Assembly (NCBI GenBank): GCA_001800315.1
Contig: MGVE01000013.1
Location: forward strand, 2,238-66,237
Source of the DNA: Elusimicrobia bacterium RIFOXYA2_FULL_47_53
GTDB lineage: Bacteria > Elusimicrobiota > Endomicrobiia > Endomicrobiales > XYA2-FULL-47-53
DNA: 64,000 bases
Reading direction: 5' to 3'
This document shows, in pieces, positions 1 to 9,304 of this stretch (the stretch's first letter is position 1; the number at the start of each line of letters is the position of its first letter). The notes beneath the pieces were generated by a model that was not told the DNA's origin, made no database searches, and worked only from the letters and a program-made list of their open reading frames with translations. A program made the translations under genes and the position numbers.

Positions 1-1776
1 GGTATAAGTGCCGGTTTCATCAAAAGCCCCCGTCTGGCCTATCTCGGCGTAGGTTCCGTCAGCGCCGGTTTTTCTTTCAACCTTGTACCCTGTTTCAATT
101 ACCGAGCTGTCCGTCCAGGTGAGAGTTGCCGCCGTAGCCGATGCCGCCGAAGCGGCGAGGCCCGACGGGGCCACCAGCGAGTACATACCCGCCGGCATAG
201 CGTTGCCGAGGTATTCCCATATATATTTTGTCAGAGTCGTGCCGTCGGCGCAGAAACCGCGTTTGCCGGTTAGATTGCCGCTGTCGTATGAATACTCTCT
301 CATGTGCCTCCGGATAGTGCTCTCATAAGGGAAAGGCCAGAGATCGTCCGCGGTCACATCGTTATATCCCGCCTCGCCATAGAGAGAACCCGAGACGCCG
401 ATTTTCTTAACAATAGTCGCCCCTATGGCTCCGCCGTCACTTGCCTTGCCGGAAAGGTTGGAACCCGACTCTACTCTGACAAGGTATTTCAGCCCCCCCG
501 AAGTGTTCGTGCTGAAATATAGGGGGTCAAAAGCATTCGCGTTCTGGGAACAGTAGTCGTTTGCGCCGGCGCTTCCACCAGTGTAATTGCCAGTGTTGTT
601 TGCATACAGGCAGTTATAATCAGAATCAACATATTTCAACGCATAGTATTCTAAACTATAAAGAATTGAATTCTTAGCTTCAGCACAATTGGCAATATCA
701 GCCTCAATGCCATAATCATGACTGTCAGAACTCGTGCCACCAAAGACGCATTTTGAAAATTTAATCAGTCCGCTTGTACTGGGAACCCTTGTCCAAAAAC
801 TCTTCGCAGTTTTCCAAAAAACAGAGTTAGAAATAGTATTGCTTGAAACATGGCTATCTGAACCGATGAAACCGGCAAATGAGTTAGCCGTACAATTCAG
901 AACGATACAACCATCAACAATATTGTTGTCACAATTATTCCCCGTTGAGAAGAAATTTGACCCAAACCATATCAGCTTTGGCTGGGCATAGGACTTAGGG
1001 GAATCAGCATCCAAAATATACTCTTTCTGGTCACAATCAACGGATATACAATTCTGCAAAATACAGTAATTTGCGCCGTACAATCTGAAAGAAGCCATAA
1101 GAGAACCATCCCCGTACCCTCTATCAAAGCGATCAACACAACGCCGCAAAATGACATGTTCTGAATCAAGGATGTAAAAACGATATTTGCCGTTGCCCCA
1201 GGTATAGCAATCCTCAATAAGTATGTAATCGCCCCAGCGCACTAAAAAATTATTAAATCTGGGATTTACAAAAGTACTGTTTGCTTCGCTAAAACCACAT
1301 CTCGTAATCTTCCAATAAGTGCATTTGCTTCCGGATGCACCTATCAGACGGAATACATCCTCGCTTGAATTCCGAAATATTATACCGTCAATGGCTATAT
1401 AACTTGAGCTGCCGCCAGAAAAAGGCATGCGCGTCATTTCCCCATCAATAATTACACCACCGGGAGTTTCCGCTTTTATTGTAGTGTAATTCCCACCTGT
1501 ACCACCCGGAGGGTATTGTCCCGCAACGGAAGAATTAAACATATTAGATGCGCCTGTATACATTCCATTCATCATCACAAGCGTATCGTTAGCCGACATC
1601 GAACTGAAACCCTTGTTCAGCGTAGCCCACGGATTTGACGATGAGCCGCTGCCGGATCCGTCGCTTCCTGTCGGCGACACATAATATGTAGCTGCGAAAA
1701 GCGCCGGCATGGATATCAGCCCGGACATAATCAGAGCCAGCATGGTTGACATGACGAATAATTTCACGCGTTTCAT
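1..1776 (-). CDS. Secreted right-handed beta-helix protein with C-terminal FN3-like domain (partial; C-terminus lies beyond the window edge)
   Basis: Own minus-strand translation. ATG at 1776-1774 has GGAGG 7 nt upstream. Signal peptide MKRVKLFVMSTMLALIMSGLISMPALFA is followed by ATYYVSPTGSDGSGSGSSSNPWATLNKG (typical beta-helix N-terminus), an Asn/Gly/Cys-rich repetitive body, and ...ATLTWTDSSVIETGYKVERKTGADGTY (FN3-like) at the edge. The 1776 nt = 592 codons stay open to position 1 (frame spot-checked, e.g. at 540). It is absent from the ORF track because no stop lies inside the window. Confidence 0.6.
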   Translation of the reverse strand, partial: MKRVKLFVMSTMLALIMSGLISMPALFAATYYVSPTGSDGSGSGSSSNPWATLNKGFSSMSANDTLVMMNGMYTGASNMFNSSVAGQYPPGGTGGNYTTIKAETPGGVIIDGEMTRMPFSGGSSSYIAIDGIIFRNSSEDVFRLIGASGSKCTYWKITRCGFSEANSTFVNPRFNNFLVRWGDYILIEDCYTWGNGKYRFYILDSEHVILRRCVDRFDRGYGDGSLMASFRLYGANYCILQNCISVDCDQKEYILDADSPKSYAQPKLIWFGSNFFSTGNNCDNNIVDGCIVLNCTANSFAGFIGSDSHVSSNTISNSVFWKTAKSFWTRVPSTSGLIKFSKCVFGGTSSDSHDYGIEADIANCAEAKNSILYSLEYYALKYVDSDYNCLYANNTGNYTGGSAGANDYCSQNANAFDPLYFSTNTSGGLKYLVRVESGSNLSGKASDGGAIGATIVKKIGVSGSLYGEAGYNDVTADDLWPFPYESTIRRHMREYSYDSGNLTGKRGFCADGTTLTKYIWEYLGNAMPAGMYSLVAPSGLAASAASATAATLTWTDSSVIETGYKVERKTGADGTYAEIGQTGAFDETGTYT

Positions 1777-1821
1777 TCAATTCCTCCCGCACTACAACTA
1801 ACTACGGCGTGTGTATCATTT

Positions 1822-2841
1822 CTACCTTCGCCTCTTCTTTGACAAAAGCGCTTTCTTTTCCAAAAATTTCATCATATTATCAGCGGTATGGCTAACAAAC
1901 ATATTATTATATGCGTAATCTAAAGATAGATTATCAAATAATGGCATTCTATTCCACACCATTTTCGCGAGATAAACAGGAGGCGGATCCGTAAGCAGAA
2001 CGGGGACTTTTCTTTTCATCCAGAGAGCCTCGGAAAAACCAGACGGCATCATGACAAGCAGGTCACAGCGGCTCATCAGCTCCATTTCGGCAGCAAAGCC
2101 GACACCTTTTAGATAGGTCACATTAGAGGGCGGCAGGTCAAGAACCATGTCCGTGTATTTACCTTTGTAACTTCCGGCATGAAAACCATATTTAGTCAAT
2201 GTTGCCAGTACTTCGGGGCTATGAACCTGTCTATGCATCCCGGCGACGAAAATATGCGCACCGTTTTCGTTTATCAAGCGCCGGAACAGTTCACTTTTAG
2301 ATTTAATTATCCAATCTGCACTCTTTTGGAAGTAATTCTTCACCGCGCCGGATTCACTCCTATAACGCCAAAGGTATCCCACGGTAAACTTCCTGCCAAA
2401 AATACTTTCATCAATGCCGTTCAGCTGCATGCTCACCGGAAGGAATTCTTTTCCAAGAGCACTCAGGGAAAGTTCCAGGCCGGACGACGCAAAATCGTGT
2501 TTTCTTATCCAGGCCCAAGGTTTATTGTTAGTCTTAAGATCAAACATCGCCCTTTTGTCTCTTGGCAGTTTATCAAATATATCCGCACGAAGCTCCGAGT
2601 CTTTAACCTGGAATTGAAAATATTCATCAACCTGTATTTCCTGTAAGCGCTCAACAGGATAACACTCTTCAAGCATATCAATATTGAAATGGCTTATGAT
2701 GCGAAATTCCCTCTCTTCCTTATAAAACCCGATCCATTTCTCTCCATTCCGAGATTCGCGCTCTATCCTTATCGCGAGCAACTGTTCGTAATAATCCCCC
2801 AGCGCCCCGTGCAGAATTGTCCCAATTACTTTTTCAGCCAT
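1822..2841 (-). CDS. Hypothetical protein, possibly a GT-B-fold (GT9/heptosyltransferase-like) glycosyltransferase
   Basis: 339-aa ORF that overlaps the upstream gene by 8 nt (2834-2841), so it is in the same operon. GALGDYYEQLLAI near the N-terminus and MMPSGFSEALWMKRKVPVLL near the C-terminus loosely resemble GT9 motifs. This is a weak assignment from memory only. Confidence 0.4.
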   Translation of the reverse strand: MAEKVIGTILHGALGDYYEQLLAIRIERESRNGEKWIGFYKEEREFRIISHFNIDMLEECYPVERLQEIQVDEYFQFQVKDSELRADIFDKLPRDKRAMFDLKTNNKPWAWIRKHDFASSGLELSLSALGKEFLPVSMQLNGIDESIFGRKFTVGYLWRYRSESGAVKNYFQKSADWIIKSKSELFRRLINENGAHIFVAGMHRQVHSPEVLATLTKYGFHAGSYKGKYTDMVLDLPPSNVTYLKGVGFAAEMELMSRCDLLVMMPSGFSEALWMKRKVPVLLTDPPPVYLAKMVWNRMPLFDNLSLDYAYNNMFVSHTADNMMKFLEKKALLSKKRRR

Positions 2842-3943
2842 TAGTATTTCCTTCCAGCTCTTTTATTTTTTCAAACATCTGCCTTGCCGTGACATAATGC
2901 AATTGGTAATGCCTGCCGTCATTGTATCTCTTCTCAAGATACGAATACATTTTATCGGCAGGATCTCCAAGAAGCGTCTCAAAATCATTCTCTTGGCAAC
3001 CATGTGTATGCACTTTTACAAAAACAACATCTGATCTGCCCTTCACATGAATGTGCTGCCGTATCCAAAGGTCTATCCTGTCAGGCGAGGGTGGATTATC
3101 GTGAGTTATCTCGCCGTTCTCTATTCTGGGCAGAATACCCCACTTTCTGTTTTTCCAATTCAGAGCAAGCGGCCCCTGAATTATCATCAAATCGCCTGAA
3201 GGCGCCCTGCCGGCCTGCACATCAACGCCGCTGTCATGGGATTTCGGCTTTCTTATATCGTCGACAGCGTAGTAAATGCTGTTTATCTTGCTTGTCTGAG
3301 TATCGCTGGGCGCGGAGGGCAAAGTGAAATCCGCGTAACAGCCGGTTTCTTTAAGAATTTTGAGCTCGTCGTTTACCCCGCACCAGCGGCCGTCGGGCCT
3401 TGAATTGTCAAGCGCCCAGTTGCCGTGAATAAAAGCGTAGGATATCTTGCCGTTTTCATTTTTCAGGAACCCGTGCGAATCAAGAACGGCGCAGAAATCA
3501 AGCAGTTTTTTTCTCAGTCCGTCAGAAGTATCGTTGTCGTGGTGCAGATGAACCTCAACATCGCCAAAACCCTTGGAGCACAACTCCTTTAAGGCGGTTA
3601 AATGCTCCGCGCGGTACTCTTCCTGCGGGAAGAAAAATGTGTGCTGGGGAGGTTTTCCATCGCTGTCGCGGTGCCTTGCCGCGAGAAGCGGATAGTCACG
3701 GGTCCATTTTTCCACCCGCGAGCGTTCAGCCGCGATATCAGCCTTATTCCACATAGGCTCAAAATGATCCACAAAACAAAAATACACATGAACAGTTTTG
3801 CCGGCGCGGGGTTTTTCCCTGCCGCCGAGAACGCTGTGAATATAGGGCAATATCCAGATGGCAACATTTTTTTTGCCCAGCTCGCGCGACACCACCGCCA
3901 GGATAATTAAAAGAAAAGCTACGGTTAAAATAATTAAAATCAT
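2834..3943 (-). CDS. Membrane-anchored polysaccharide-deacetylase-like / metal-hydrolase-like protein, paralog A
   Basis: 369 aa with an N-terminal TM helix (MILIILTVAFLLIILAVV). Motifs: VDHFEP, EVHLHHDND, FIHGNWALDNS, CGVNDELKILKETGCYADFTLPS, KVHTHG. About 45% identical by eye to the 9305..10405 product. The family assignment is tentative. Confidence 0.55.
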   Translation of the reverse strand: MILIILTVAFLLIILAVVSRELGKKNVAIWILPYIHSVLGGREKPRAGKTVHVYFCFVDHFEPMWNKADIAAERSRVEKWTRDYPLLAARHRDSDGKPPQHTFFFPQEEYRAEHLTALKELCSKGFGDVEVHLHHDNDTSDGLRKKLLDFCAVLDSHGFLKNENGKISYAFIHGNWALDNSRPDGRWCGVNDELKILKETGCYADFTLPSAPSDTQTSKINSIYYAVDDIRKPKSHDSGVDVQAGRAPSGDLMIIQGPLALNWKNRKWGILPRIENGEITHDNPPSPDRIDLWIRQHIHVKGRSDVVFVKVHTHGCQENDFETLLGDPADKMYSYLEKRYNDGRHYQLHYVTARQMFEKIKELEGNTNG

Positions 3944-5073
3944 CTCTCAACCCTCTGCCATGTAACTTTTTGGCCGCCCGAGATAAACCTGACAAAACCC
4001 GCCAAAAGGCTAAAGTTCATGGCGCAAAAATAGTAAACCGGATTAAACAGTTTTAAAGAGTTACCGACCGCCATTCTTATAAGCGCCAGGGAGTAAAATA
4101 CGCATTGAAGCGCGAACAAAGCTTTATAAATCGGCCCTGAATTGTAAAGCACGAAATTTAAAATTAAAACCGCCATCAGCATAAACGGAACCAGCCATCT
4201 TATAACTTTATGCGAAAAGTAAGCCCAGAAAGCCAGTCCCCTTAGCGGACTCAGCATTCCCAGCAGAAAAAATAAAGACTGGAAGTTGCCGGCGCCTATG
4301 CGCGTTTTTCTCGTGGATTCGTCTTTAATGCTTGCCGAGGTTTCCTCGTAAGCAAGCGCCCGTTCGTCATAGGTGACCTTAAAACCTTTTTCAAGAATTG
4401 TCATGGGCAGGACAAAGTCTTCCACTATCAGCCCGCCGGGCAGTCCGCCGTAGAGGTGTCTGCGCACGGCGTAGATGGCCCCGTTAGCCCCGAGCGTAAC
4501 ACCCAGCCTTCCTTCCAGTTTCTTTAGCAATGATTCGTAGGCCCAGTAAACCCCTTCGTATTCTCCGCCAACGCCCTTTTCGTGATCTTTAAGCACGAGA
4601 CGGCCGCAGACGCAGCCGGTTTTCTCATCAACAAAATCAGACACAAGGAATTTCAGGGCGTCTTTTTCAAAAAGCGTATTCGCGTCCGAGAATACCAGTA
4701 TGTCGCCGGAAGCGAGCTTTACGAGATCGTTTAAAACACTTATCTTTCCCCTGCGCTCTTCAAACTTTATAACCCTTACTCTCGGGTCGCGGAAACCCGC
4801 GGCTATCTCTGCGGTAGCGTCTGAGGACCCGTCCGAACCTATAATTATTTCGCAGAGGCCGGCAGGATAATCCATACCAAGCAGGTTTTCAACGCGGGAG
4901 GCAATGACTTTTTCTTCGTTGTAGGCAGAAATGACGACGCTTATCTTAAACACCTTGCCCGGTGACGGAGGTTTCGCCCCCCAAAGCAGAGCCGCGGCGT
5001 AAAGAATCGGAAGGTAACCCAGGTAGGTATAAAATATCAGAAAAAACAATATCCAGAACACGCTTTCAAGCAT
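3940..5073 (-). CDS. Family-2 glycosyltransferase, membrane-integrated synthase-like type
   Basis: 377 aa with an N-terminal TM. Motifs: VVISAYNEEKVI, IIIGSDGSSDAT, VFSDANTLF, GANGAIYAVRR, VEDFVLP and a TRKTRIGAGN (Q/RxxRW-like) motif. Several C-terminal TM helices follow. ATGA overlap with neighbours. Confidence 0.8.
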   Translation of the reverse strand: MLESVFWILFFLIFYTYLGYLPILYAAALLWGAKPPSPGKVFKISVVISAYNEEKVIASRVENLLGMDYPAGLCEIIIGSDGSSDATAEIAAGFRDPRVRVIKFEERRGKISVLNDLVKLASGDILVFSDANTLFEKDALKFLVSDFVDEKTGCVCGRLVLKDHEKGVGGEYEGVYWAYESLLKKLEGRLGVTLGANGAIYAVRRHLYGGLPGGLIVEDFVLPMTILEKGFKVTYDERALAYEETSASIKDESTRKTRIGAGNFQSLFFLLGMLSPLRGLAFWAYFSHKVIRWLVPFMLMAVLILNFVLYNSGPIYKALFALQCVFYSLALIRMAVGNSLKLFNPVYYFCAMNFSLLAGFVRFISGGQKVTWQRVER

Positions 5074-6247
5074 TTATTATATTCCCGTAAATTTCCAGCA
5101 CTTTAACGGCATTATGCTTCCACAGATATTTTTCCATTATTTCTTTCCGCGCGTTGCCACCGATAACCGCCCTCCCGTGCGCGTCCGTTACAAGGGCTTT
5201 CAGCGTCCTTACGAACATCTCCTTGTTCCCGGCGTCAAACAATACTCCGGTAACCTGATCGGTTATCACATCCTTAATAGGCCCGGTGCCGGGAGCCACG
5301 ACCGGTTTCGCCATGGCCATATACTCGAACATCTTTATAGGAGACCGGAAATCGTTGGATTGCGGTATTATGCATATATCCATTGACTTGATGACGGACG
5401 GTATGGTTTTGTGCGGCACTGCCCCGGTAAAGATTACGCTCCCGCTTATGCCCATCGCCTTTACCTGCTTTTCCACCTCACCTCTCAGCGGCCCGTCGCC
5501 TACAAGCATCAGCGCCATATCAGCGGTTGCCGTCCCGCGCAGTTCATTGAACGCGTTGAGCAGGAAACCAAAATTATGCCATTTGATAAAACTTCCCACA
5601 AACCCCAGCACAACCTTGCCCGCGAGGTTGTGCTCAGCGGAAAAACATTTATTTTCCACGCTGACATCAAATTCTTTGTCATTTACAGCGTTCGGCAGAA
5701 CATGTATCTTCGCGCTTTCAATTCCCATTGCGGATATCTGCTCTTTCAGAAAAGGAGAGACCACGATTATCGCGTCGGCGTTCCTGAATATCCATTTCTC
5801 CGCGCTTTTGGCAAGCCGGCGGAATGACTGGCCGCGCGCTCTTTTAATGCCGCTTATCTCATTGACTTCCAATATCAGCGGAACCTTTTTCCTCTTTTTC
5901 AAATACGCCGCGGCGCAACAGAAGAATGCATATCTCTCATATATAAAAGCTATTTTTTCCTTTTCAAGTATCCCGCCTATTTTTCGGTATGCCGCCAAAT
6001 TGTACGCCATCTCCATCAACTCGAATCCGAATTGAGGGATATACCTGCTGAGCCAGGACAACGCCGAAGAAACGAGCGACATCTGCCTTTCCGGGCCCGC
6101 GGAACTTTCATTACCGACCGGATCCACCCCCGGCGGCGACGCAACAAAAACCGCGTGTCCGGCGTTTCTCAGGGCTTTAACAACCTCGCGGATATGGACT
6201 CCTTCCGCCCCCCTGCCCTGCGTTCTGTGATGGTATATAATATTCAT
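5066..6247 (-). CDS. Family-4 (GT-B) glycosyltransferase
   Basis: 393 aa. C-terminal EX7E-type region FEYMAMAKPVVAPGTGPIKDVITD. Overlaps both neighbours. Confidence 0.8.
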   Translation of the reverse strand: MNIIYHHRTQGRGAEGVHIREVVKALRNAGHAVFVASPPGVDPVGNESSAGPERQMSLVSSALSWLSRYIPQFGFELMEMAYNLAAYRKIGGILEKEKIAFIYERYAFFCCAAAYLKKRKKVPLILEVNEISGIKRARGQSFRRLAKSAEKWIFRNADAIIVVSPFLKEQISAMGIESAKIHVLPNAVNDKEFDVSVENKCFSAEHNLAGKVVLGFVGSFIKWHNFGFLLNAFNELRGTATADMALMLVGDGPLRGEVEKQVKAMGISGSVIFTGAVPHKTIPSVIKSMDICIIPQSNDFRSPIKMFEYMAMAKPVVAPGTGPIKDVITDQVTGVLFDAGNKEMFVRTLKALVTDAHGRAVIGGNARKEIMEKYLWKHNAVKVLEIYGNIINA

Positions 6248-7440
6248 TCCCTGTTCCCCGCTGCCGCATTCAGTTCTTTTATAATCTTTTCGGCGTGTTC
6301 GCCCCAGCTCAAAACCGTTTCAGGGTTGTATATTTCTTTCCGCCCTTCGGACAATAGCCTTATCAACGCCCCGGCAAGCGCTTCCGGGTCGCGCGGAGGT
6401 ACAAGCAAACCGTATTCGGCTGAATTCATGATGTCCGGTATCCCTCCCACATCCGTGGCAACGACGGGCCTCCGGCATGATAGGGTTTCCAGTATGACGT
6501 TCGGCATGCCCTCCCTTATGCTCGGCAGACAGAACACATCGCAGCTGTTGATCCATAACGGGACCTCCGCGTGGGGTATCTCCCGTACAAAATCAACGAT
6601 ATCGCTTAATCCATATCCGGCGGTTTTTTCCTTTATTTTGTTCTCCAGCGCGCCTTTGCCTATTACAATCAACCGTATCTTCCCGACGCCACGGTCTCTA
6701 ATTTTCTTGAACGCTTCAATTAAATATTCTACTCCCTTCACCTCTTCGACAGTGCCTATGAACAGTATAATCTTTTCTTCCTTATTCAGCCCCAGTTTCG
6801 ACCTGCATTCGTTCCTGTCCATGGGTTTAAAAATGCCGGTATCCACCCCGTTCTGCACGACTATGATCTTTTCCGGTTCAATACCCAGTTTCACTACATT
6901 TTCCTTCAACTGCCTGCTTACCGTGATGATACTGCGCGCATTTTTGACCGCCCAGGTTATCATTTTTCTGCGGAGATAGAACCTGGTGTACTGGTTGATG
7001 TCGCATCCCCTGGCATGAAGCACGACAGGCACTTTCAAAATTTTAGCCAGAAGCGCCGAAGCGAAACCGTCAGGATATATCCAGTGGCCGTATATGACGT
7101 CAAAGTCAAACGACTTTCTGACTTTCAGGATTCCCGGAAGAATACACGCGAACATCAGAAAACCGTACATGGAACGCATCATCTTCGGTATGACAAGCCA
7201 TCTGGGATGGTACGTTTTAATTCCGGCTATCTCTTCTTCCGCGCTGACCAGGGAATTCACGGACCAATTTGAAAGGAATTTAATATTCAGTGGGAACCAT
7301 GGCACCGGAGCGACAACCCGTATATCGCATGGCCCGTTTATCCGCTGTAAAGACTGTTTAATGAATATACCGCGGTTCTTTTCGATATTGTTCGGGAACA
7401 GATTCGTAATAACCAGCACTTTCAAGGTTTCTGTTCTCAC
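6244..7440 (-). CDS. Family-4 (GT-B) glycosyltransferase
   Basis: 398 aa. Motif REGMPNVILETLSCRRPVVATDVGGIPDI. ATGA overlaps at both ends. Confidence 0.8.
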   Translation of the reverse strand: MRTETLKVLVITNLFPNNIEKNRGIFIKQSLQRINGPCDIRVVAPVPWFPLNIKFLSNWSVNSLVSAEEEIAGIKTYHPRWLVIPKMMRSMYGFLMFACILPGILKVRKSFDFDVIYGHWIYPDGFASALLAKILKVPVVLHARGCDINQYTRFYLRRKMITWAVKNARSIITVSRQLKENVVKLGIEPEKIIVVQNGVDTGIFKPMDRNECRSKLGLNKEEKIILFIGTVEEVKGVEYLIEAFKKIRDRGVGKIRLIVIGKGALENKIKEKTAGYGLSDIVDFVREIPHAEVPLWINSCDVFCLPSIREGMPNVILETLSCRRPVVATDVGGIPDIMNSAEYGLLVPPRDPEALAGALIRLLSEGRKEIYNPETVLSWGEHAEKIIKELNAAAGNRE

Positions 7441-9302
7441 GCGGGGCGCCCCAAATACTCATCCTGCCAGAATGACTGGACAAGAAGCATCATAAGTAGT
7501 TTGCTGTGGTCTTCCCGTCCGGCTTCGTGCTGCGACAGCATCTTATTGACGACCTTGCCGTTCACCCATGGCAGATGCCCCGAGGCCAGTATCTCTTTGA
7601 CCGATCCGAACAATTCTCCGCCGAACCAGTTCTTTGTCGGCACCGGAAAACCCATTTTCTTCCTGTAAATTATTTCCTTCGGCAAGCGGCTTTCCATCAT
7701 AGCTTTGACCAAATACTTTCCCTCTCCGTTCCGTATCTTGTAAGACGAGGGAAGCGACGCCGCCAGTTCCACGAGCCGGTGGTCAAGAAAAGGCACGCGC
7801 AGTTCTATCGAGGCCGCCATCGTCATCTTGTCGGCCTTTACCAGCAGGTCATCAACAAGCCATGTTTTAGTATCGACGTAAAGCATTTTGTTGACGACAT
7901 CCTTGTTATGCCTGACTTTCGAGAAATACGACTCAAATGTCTCTTCCAGATAGTCTCCTCTTTCGCCGCGGAAACCGTCCGCGTAAAATTCATCCTTCAG
8001 CGACGGCGTCAGGTAATTCGATGTGCCCATGTAGCGCTTTTCAAGCGGCAGAGAAAGCCAGTCGGCGTATTTGCGGTATTTCATCTTTCGCAAAACCGGC
8101 TTGAACATACCCGCCATATTGAGAAGCGGGCCCGGAATGAATCTACGCATGTTCTCTATTTTGCTCATGAACTGATAAAGATAGTAGCCGCCGAAGACTT
8201 CGTCGCTGCCCTCTCCCGATAACAGCACTATCGATTTTTCCCTCGCGAGTTTTGAAATATGGTACAGCGCTATGGCCGCCGGCTCGACTATAGGCTCTTC
8301 GGCGTACTTAACCAGCGTTTTTATGGATTCAAGGAAATTTTCGGGTTCAAGCCGGAATACGTTATGCTTCGTATTGAAGCGCTTGGCGACAATATCAGCG
8401 TAATATTCCTCCCCAACCTTGTATTTCTCGTCATAACCAACCGTAAAAGTATTTACCGGGCCGCTGACGATCTCATGCATGACGGCCGTGATCGCGCTTG
8501 AATCCAGCCCGCCACTTAGGAATACGCCGAGAGGCACATCGCTCATAAGACGTTTCTTCACGCTGTCATGCAGCAGTTCGTCTACCTGTCTTTTTGCGTT
8601 CTCAAAGCTTATTTCCGAAGGCGTTATGTCAGCGAAATCCCAGTATTCTGTTTCCTTTATTTCTTTCCCGGAAACCACCATGTGATGGCCGGGCTTTAAT
8701 TTCATGATACCCTTGAACATGGTTTCCGGGCCCGGAACGTATCCAAGAGTGCAGTACGCGTCCATTACCTTCGGATTTATCTCAGGTTTTACCTGGCCCG
8801 CGCTGAACAGCGGCTTTATCTCCGAAGCGCAGATGAAGGTATTTCTGTTCCAATAGTAATATACCGGCTTGATGCCGAGCCTGTCCCTGACAATCCACAT
8901 TATTTTCCTGCGGTTATCCCAGAGCGCTATTCCGAACATCCCGATGAACTTCTTAACACTCTCAGTACCCCACTCTTCATAGGCGTGTACAATGACCTCT
9001 GTATCGCAATTCGTCTTAAAAGTATGTCCTTTTGAGACCAGTTCCGCCTGAATATCCTTGTAATTATATATCTCGCCGTTAAAAACCACCGCTATCTGCC
9101 CGTCTTCGTTAAACATCGGCTGATGCCCAAGCGAAAGGTCAATAATACTTAAACGGCGATGCCCCAAACCTATATTATCCGACACGAACATACCGCTGTC
9201 ATCAGGCCCGCGATGGACCATAAGATCCGTAGCCCGTTTAACCGTCTCCGGATTGACCTTCTTAGAGGCGTCAGAATGATAAATTCCTAATATGCCGCAC
9301 AT
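7437..9302 (-). CDS. asnB: Asparagine synthase (glutamine-hydrolysing) family amidotransferase
   Basis: 621 aa. N-terminal MCGILGIY (Cys2 nucleophile of Ntn amidotransferases). PP-loop motif FLSGGLDSSAITA. Confidence 0.85.
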   Translation of the reverse strand: MCGILGIYHSDASKKVNPETVKRATDLMVHRGPDDSGMFVSDNIGLGHRRLSIIDLSLGHQPMFNEDGQIAVVFNGEIYNYKDIQAELVSKGHTFKTNCDTEVIVHAYEEWGTESVKKFIGMFGIALWDNRRKIMWIVRDRLGIKPVYYYWNRNTFICASEIKPLFSAGQVKPEINPKVMDAYCTLGYVPGPETMFKGIMKLKPGHHMVVSGKEIKETEYWDFADITPSEISFENAKRQVDELLHDSVKKRLMSDVPLGVFLSGGLDSSAITAVMHEIVSGPVNTFTVGYDEKYKVGEEYYADIVAKRFNTKHNVFRLEPENFLESIKTLVKYAEEPIVEPAAIALYHISKLAREKSIVLLSGEGSDEVFGGYYLYQFMSKIENMRRFIPGPLLNMAGMFKPVLRKMKYRKYADWLSLPLEKRYMGTSNYLTPSLKDEFYADGFRGERGDYLEETFESYFSKVRHNKDVVNKMLYVDTKTWLVDDLLVKADKMTMAASIELRVPFLDHRLVELAASLPSSYKIRNGEGKYLVKAMMESRLPKEIIYRKKMGFPVPTKNWFGGELFGSVKEILASGHLPWVNGKVVNKMLSQHEAGREDHSKLLMMLLVQSFWQDEYLGRPA

Positions 9303-9304
9303 AG

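Noticed and set aside
972-1792. Track ORFs 972..1217 (-) and 1589..1792 (-)
   Set aside because: Both are out of frame with the 592-codon beta-helix ORF (1..1776). That ORF has an RBS, a signal peptide and domain-like sequence, and these two do not.
5286-8222. Long plus-strand ORFs: 5286..6035 (249 aa), 6032..6979 (315 aa) and 7506..8222 (238 aa). Similar ones lie elsewhere: 10652..11170, 28785..29444, 49701..50480, 59754..60347.
   Set aside because: They lie antisense to minus-strand genes that have clear family motifs. Their translations are low-complexity (Ser/Pro/Arg-rich) with no recognisable motifs. These are shadow ORFs.
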